Shown here: positions 29,900-32,000 of the stretch, piece by piece
Layout of the letters: the number at the start of each line of letters is the position of its first letter
How positions within the stretch are numbered: the stretch's first letter is position 1
Origin: Enterobacteriaceae endosymbiont of Donacia provostii
GTDB lineage: Bacteria; Pseudomonadota; Gammaproteobacteria; Enterobacterales; Enterobacteriaceae
DNA length: 32,000 nt
Reading direction: 5' to 3'
NCBI RefSeq assembly: GCF_012570145.1
Contig: NZ_CP046206.1
Span: 122,324 to 154,323, forward strand
Position numbers and translations under genes: made by a program
Notes under the pieces: model-generated
Seen by the model: the letters and a program-made list of their open reading frames with translations, nothing else
Databases searched by the model: none
Told to the model about the DNA's origin: nothing

Positions 29900-30925
29900 A
29901 TGAATCAATTTTATAATAAAAATTTTTTAAAATTATCAAATTTTTCTAAAAAAGAAATTTATACATTAATTAAAATTGCAAAAAAATTAAAAAATGATAA
30001 AAATAATAATAAAGAAAAAAAATTATTAAAAGATAAAAATATTATTCTTATATTTGAAAAAAATTCTACTCGTACTAGATGTTCTTTTGAAATAGCTTGT
30101 TTTGATCAAGGAGCAAATGTTACTTTTTTAAATACAGAACACAGTCATATAAGACATAAAGAATCATTAAAAGATTCTACTAAAATTTTAAGTCAAATGT
30201 ATAATGGCATAGGATATAGAGGACAATATCATAAAAATATTGAAATAATAGCTAAATACTCAAAAATTCCAGTATGGAATGGATTAACAAATGAATTTCA
30301 TCCTACTCAAATCTTAGCTGATTTACTAACTATAAAAGAAAATATAAAAAATACTGATGTAGATCAAATAAAATTATCTTATATAGGGGATATTAATAAT
30401 AATATTTCTTATAGTCTTATAGAATTATCAATGATAATTGGTTTTAAATTATATTTAATATCTCCACAAAAATTACAATCATATAATAATTTTTATATTA
30501 AAAATTTAATAAAAAAAATACAATACTATCCTAATATTCATATTACTTCTAATATAGAAGAAGGTATAAAAAATACAGATTTTATTTATACAGATATTTG
30601 GTTATCTATGGGTGAAAAAGATTCATTAAAATCATGGGAAAAAAAAATAAAAATTTTACATAATTATCAAGTTAATAAAAAACTTTTAGAAAAAAGTGAA
30701 AATAATAATATTAAAGTTATGCATTGTTTACCTTCATTACATTTATATAGTCATTATAAAAAATTATTTAATAATAAAATAATATCTAAATATAATTTAT
30801 ATAATGGATTAGAAATAACAGATGATATTTTTGAATCAGAACAAAGTATTATTTTTCAGCAAGCAGAAAACAAAATTCATACAATTAAAGCTATAATGAT
30901 TACTTCTTTATTAAAAGAAATTTAA
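29900..30925 (+). CDS. argI: ornithine carbamoyltransferase
   Basis: 341 aa, colinear with E. coli ArgI. Contains FLKL..F, IFEKNSTRTRCSFE, HKESLKDS, VWNGLTNEFHPTQILADLLT, YTDIWLSMGE, HCLP and QAENKIHTIKAIM. Confidence 0.93.
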   Translation: MNQFYNKNFLKLSNFSKKEIYTLIKIAKKLKNDKNNNKEKKLLKDKNIILIFEKNSTRTRCSFEIACFDQGANVTFLNTEHSHIRHKESLKDSTKILSQMYNGIGYRGQYHKNIEIIAKYSKIPVWNGLTNEFHPTQILADLLTIKENIKNTDVDQIKLSYIGDINNNISYSLIELSMIIGFKLYLISPQKLQSYNNFYIKNLIKKIQYYPNIHITSNIEEGIKNTDFIYTDIWLSMGEKDSLKSWEKKIKILHNYQVNKKLLEKSENNNIKVMHCLPSLHLYSHYKKLFNNKIISKYNLYNGLEITDDIFESEQSIIFQQAENKIHTIKAIMITSLLKEI

Positions 30926-30974
30926 AATTAAATCAATTTAAATAGAATTAAATTTTTAAAAAAAATAGGCTTTT

Positions 30975-31360
30975 ATGAAAAACATTATTCATACAACAAA
31001 AGCATCATTACCTATAGGATATTATGTACAGGGTATTTTATTAAATAAAATATTTTTTATTTCAGTTCAAATACCAATTAATCCATTTATTGGATTAATT
31101 ACTTTAGGAATTAATAAACAAACATTTCAAGTTTTAGAAAATATTAGATATATTTTAAAAAAAAAATTTTTTATATCAAAAATATAGTGAAAACAACTAT
31201 TTTTTTAAAAAATTTTTATAATTTTAGTAAAATGAATTTAATTTATCAAAAATATTTTTTAGAATATTGTAAAAATTATTCTACTAGGACTTGTTTAGAA
31301 GTATCTAAATTACCTAAAAATGTAAAAATTAAAATTGAAGCTTTTGCTATTAGAATATAA
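30975..31360 (+). pseudogene. ridA: ridA (YjgF/RidA enamine/imine deaminase) interrupted by a frameshift in an A10 tract
   Basis: Frame 0 (30975..31187) gives MKNIIHTTKASLPIGYYVQG...ENIRYILKKK, matching the E. coli RidA N-terminal half. The frame containing 31187..31360 gives VKTTIFLKNFYNFSKMNLIYQKYFLEYCKNYSTRTCLEVSKLPKNVKIKIEAFAIRI*, matching the C-terminal half (VKTTVFVKD...ARSCVEVARLPKDVKIEIEAIAVRR). The two frames meet in the A10 run at 31157..31166. Confidence 0.85.
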
Positions 31361-31386
31361 TATATATTATGTAAGGTTTAATTAAA

Positions 31387-32000
31387 ATGTTTTTATTTTT
31401 TAGATTATTATTTATATTATTTATTATAATGTTATTTCCAATAACAAAAAAATATATAAATAAAAAAAAAAATTATAATAATACTATCTTTTTTTATAAT
31501 TGGACTGAATATGTTCCTCAAGAAATTTTAAACCAATTTACTAAAGAAACAGGAATTAAAATTATTTATTCTACATATGATTCTAATGAAAGTATGTATA
31601 CTAAATTAAAAACACATAAAAAACAATCATATGATTTAGTAGTACCTTCAACATATTTTGTTTCTAAAATGAAAAATGAAGGTATGATACAAAAAATTAA
31701 AAAAAATAAAATACCTAATTTTAAAAATTTAGATCCTAAATTTTTAAATAAATCTTTTGATATTAATAATAAGTATTCCATTCCATACATGTGGGGAGCT
31801 ACAGCTATAGGTGTAAATACAAATTTTATTGATTATAAACAAATTAATAGTTGGAATGATTTATGGAATCCAAAATATTATAAATCAATTTCTTTAATTG
31901 ATGATGCTAAAGAAGTATTTCAAATGTCATTAATAAAATTAAAATTAATAAAAGATAATAATATTAATAATATTTATAAAGCTTTTATTGAATTAAAAAA
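31387..32000 (+). CDS. potD: spermidine/putrescine ABC transporter periplasmic binding protein, N-terminal ~204 codons (continues past the window end)
   Basis: Absent from the ORF track because there is no stop in the window. Hydrophobic signal-like N-terminus MFLFFRLLFILFIIMLFP, then FFYNWTEYVPQEILNQFTKETGIKIIYSTYDSNESMYTKLKT...YDLVVPSTYFVSKMKNEGMIQKI...NLDPKFLNKSFDINNKYSIPYMWGATAIGVN. This is nearly colinear with E. coli PotD. An aagg SD lies at 31373..31376. Confidence 0.93.
   Translation, partial: MFLFFRLLFILFIIMLFPITKKYINKKKNYNNTIFFYNWTEYVPQEILNQFTKETGIKIIYSTYDSNESMYTKLKTHKKQSYDLVVPSTYFVSKMKNEGMIQKIKKNKIPNFKNLDPKFLNKSFDINNKYSIPYMWGATAIGVNTNFIDYKQINSWNDLWNPKYYKSISLIDDAKEVFQMSLIKLKLIKDNNINNIYKAFIELK

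Noticed and set aside
31566-31790. 74-aa ORF on the - strand
   Set aside because: Antisense inside potD, which reads through this region on the + strand with very high similarity to E. coli PotD.
1-32000. Alternative genetic code (TGA as Trp), as seen in some tiny symbiont genomes
   Set aside because: Trp positions conserved with E. coli are encoded by TGG. TGA terminates murE, murC and dnaJ at the expected lengths, so the standard bacterial code fits.
1-32000. Scan for mobile elements, CRISPR arrays, tRNA or rRNA genes, and defence or toxin systems
   Set aside because: Every spacer is 356 bp or shorter and A/T-rich, with no cloverleaf-capable G/C-rich segments. There are no repeat-spacer arrays. 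Every ORF over 150 aa has a housekeeping assignment except the DUF721-like ORF. I see no evidence for horizontally acquired material.

Overview
This window is extremely AT-rich (by eye about four-fifths A+T), and its proteins are dominated by K, N and I. It is densely packed and uses the standard code: TGA ends murE and murC at the expected lengths, and Trp is TGG. It looks like core chromosome from a strongly reduced gammaproteobacterial genome, most plausibly an obligate endosymbiont. Tkt, MetK, DnaK, MraY, ArgI and PotD are colinear with, and very similar to, the E. coli orthologs as I recall them.

Gene order: tkt (-, 5' part), metK (+), gyrA (-), mutS (-), a ybhL-like BI-1 family gene (-), rsmH-murE-murF-mraY-murD-murG-murC-ddlB (+), a small basic DUF721/DciA-like ORF (-), secA (+), dnaJ and dnaK (-) behind a conserved sigma32 promoter, pepA-valS-argI (+), a frameshifted ridA (+) and potD (+, 5' part).

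I found no rRNA, tRNA, CRISPR array, transposase, integrase, phage, toxin-antitoxin or defence gene. I do not see a convincing new multi-gene system; this is housekeeping DNA shaped by reductive evolution.

The signals most worth a second look:
- A dcw cluster that keeps all seven lipid II precursor genes but lacks mraZ, ftsL, ftsI, ftsW, ftsQ, ftsA, ftsZ and lpxC at their canonical positions.
- A putative DciA-type helicase loader sitting divergent from secA.
- A ridA gene whose only defect is a frameshift in an A10 tract; one extra A restores a 128-codon frame.
- A GC-rich sigma32 promoter island upstream of dnaK.
- An in-frame 24-bp tandem repeat in the DnaK tail.
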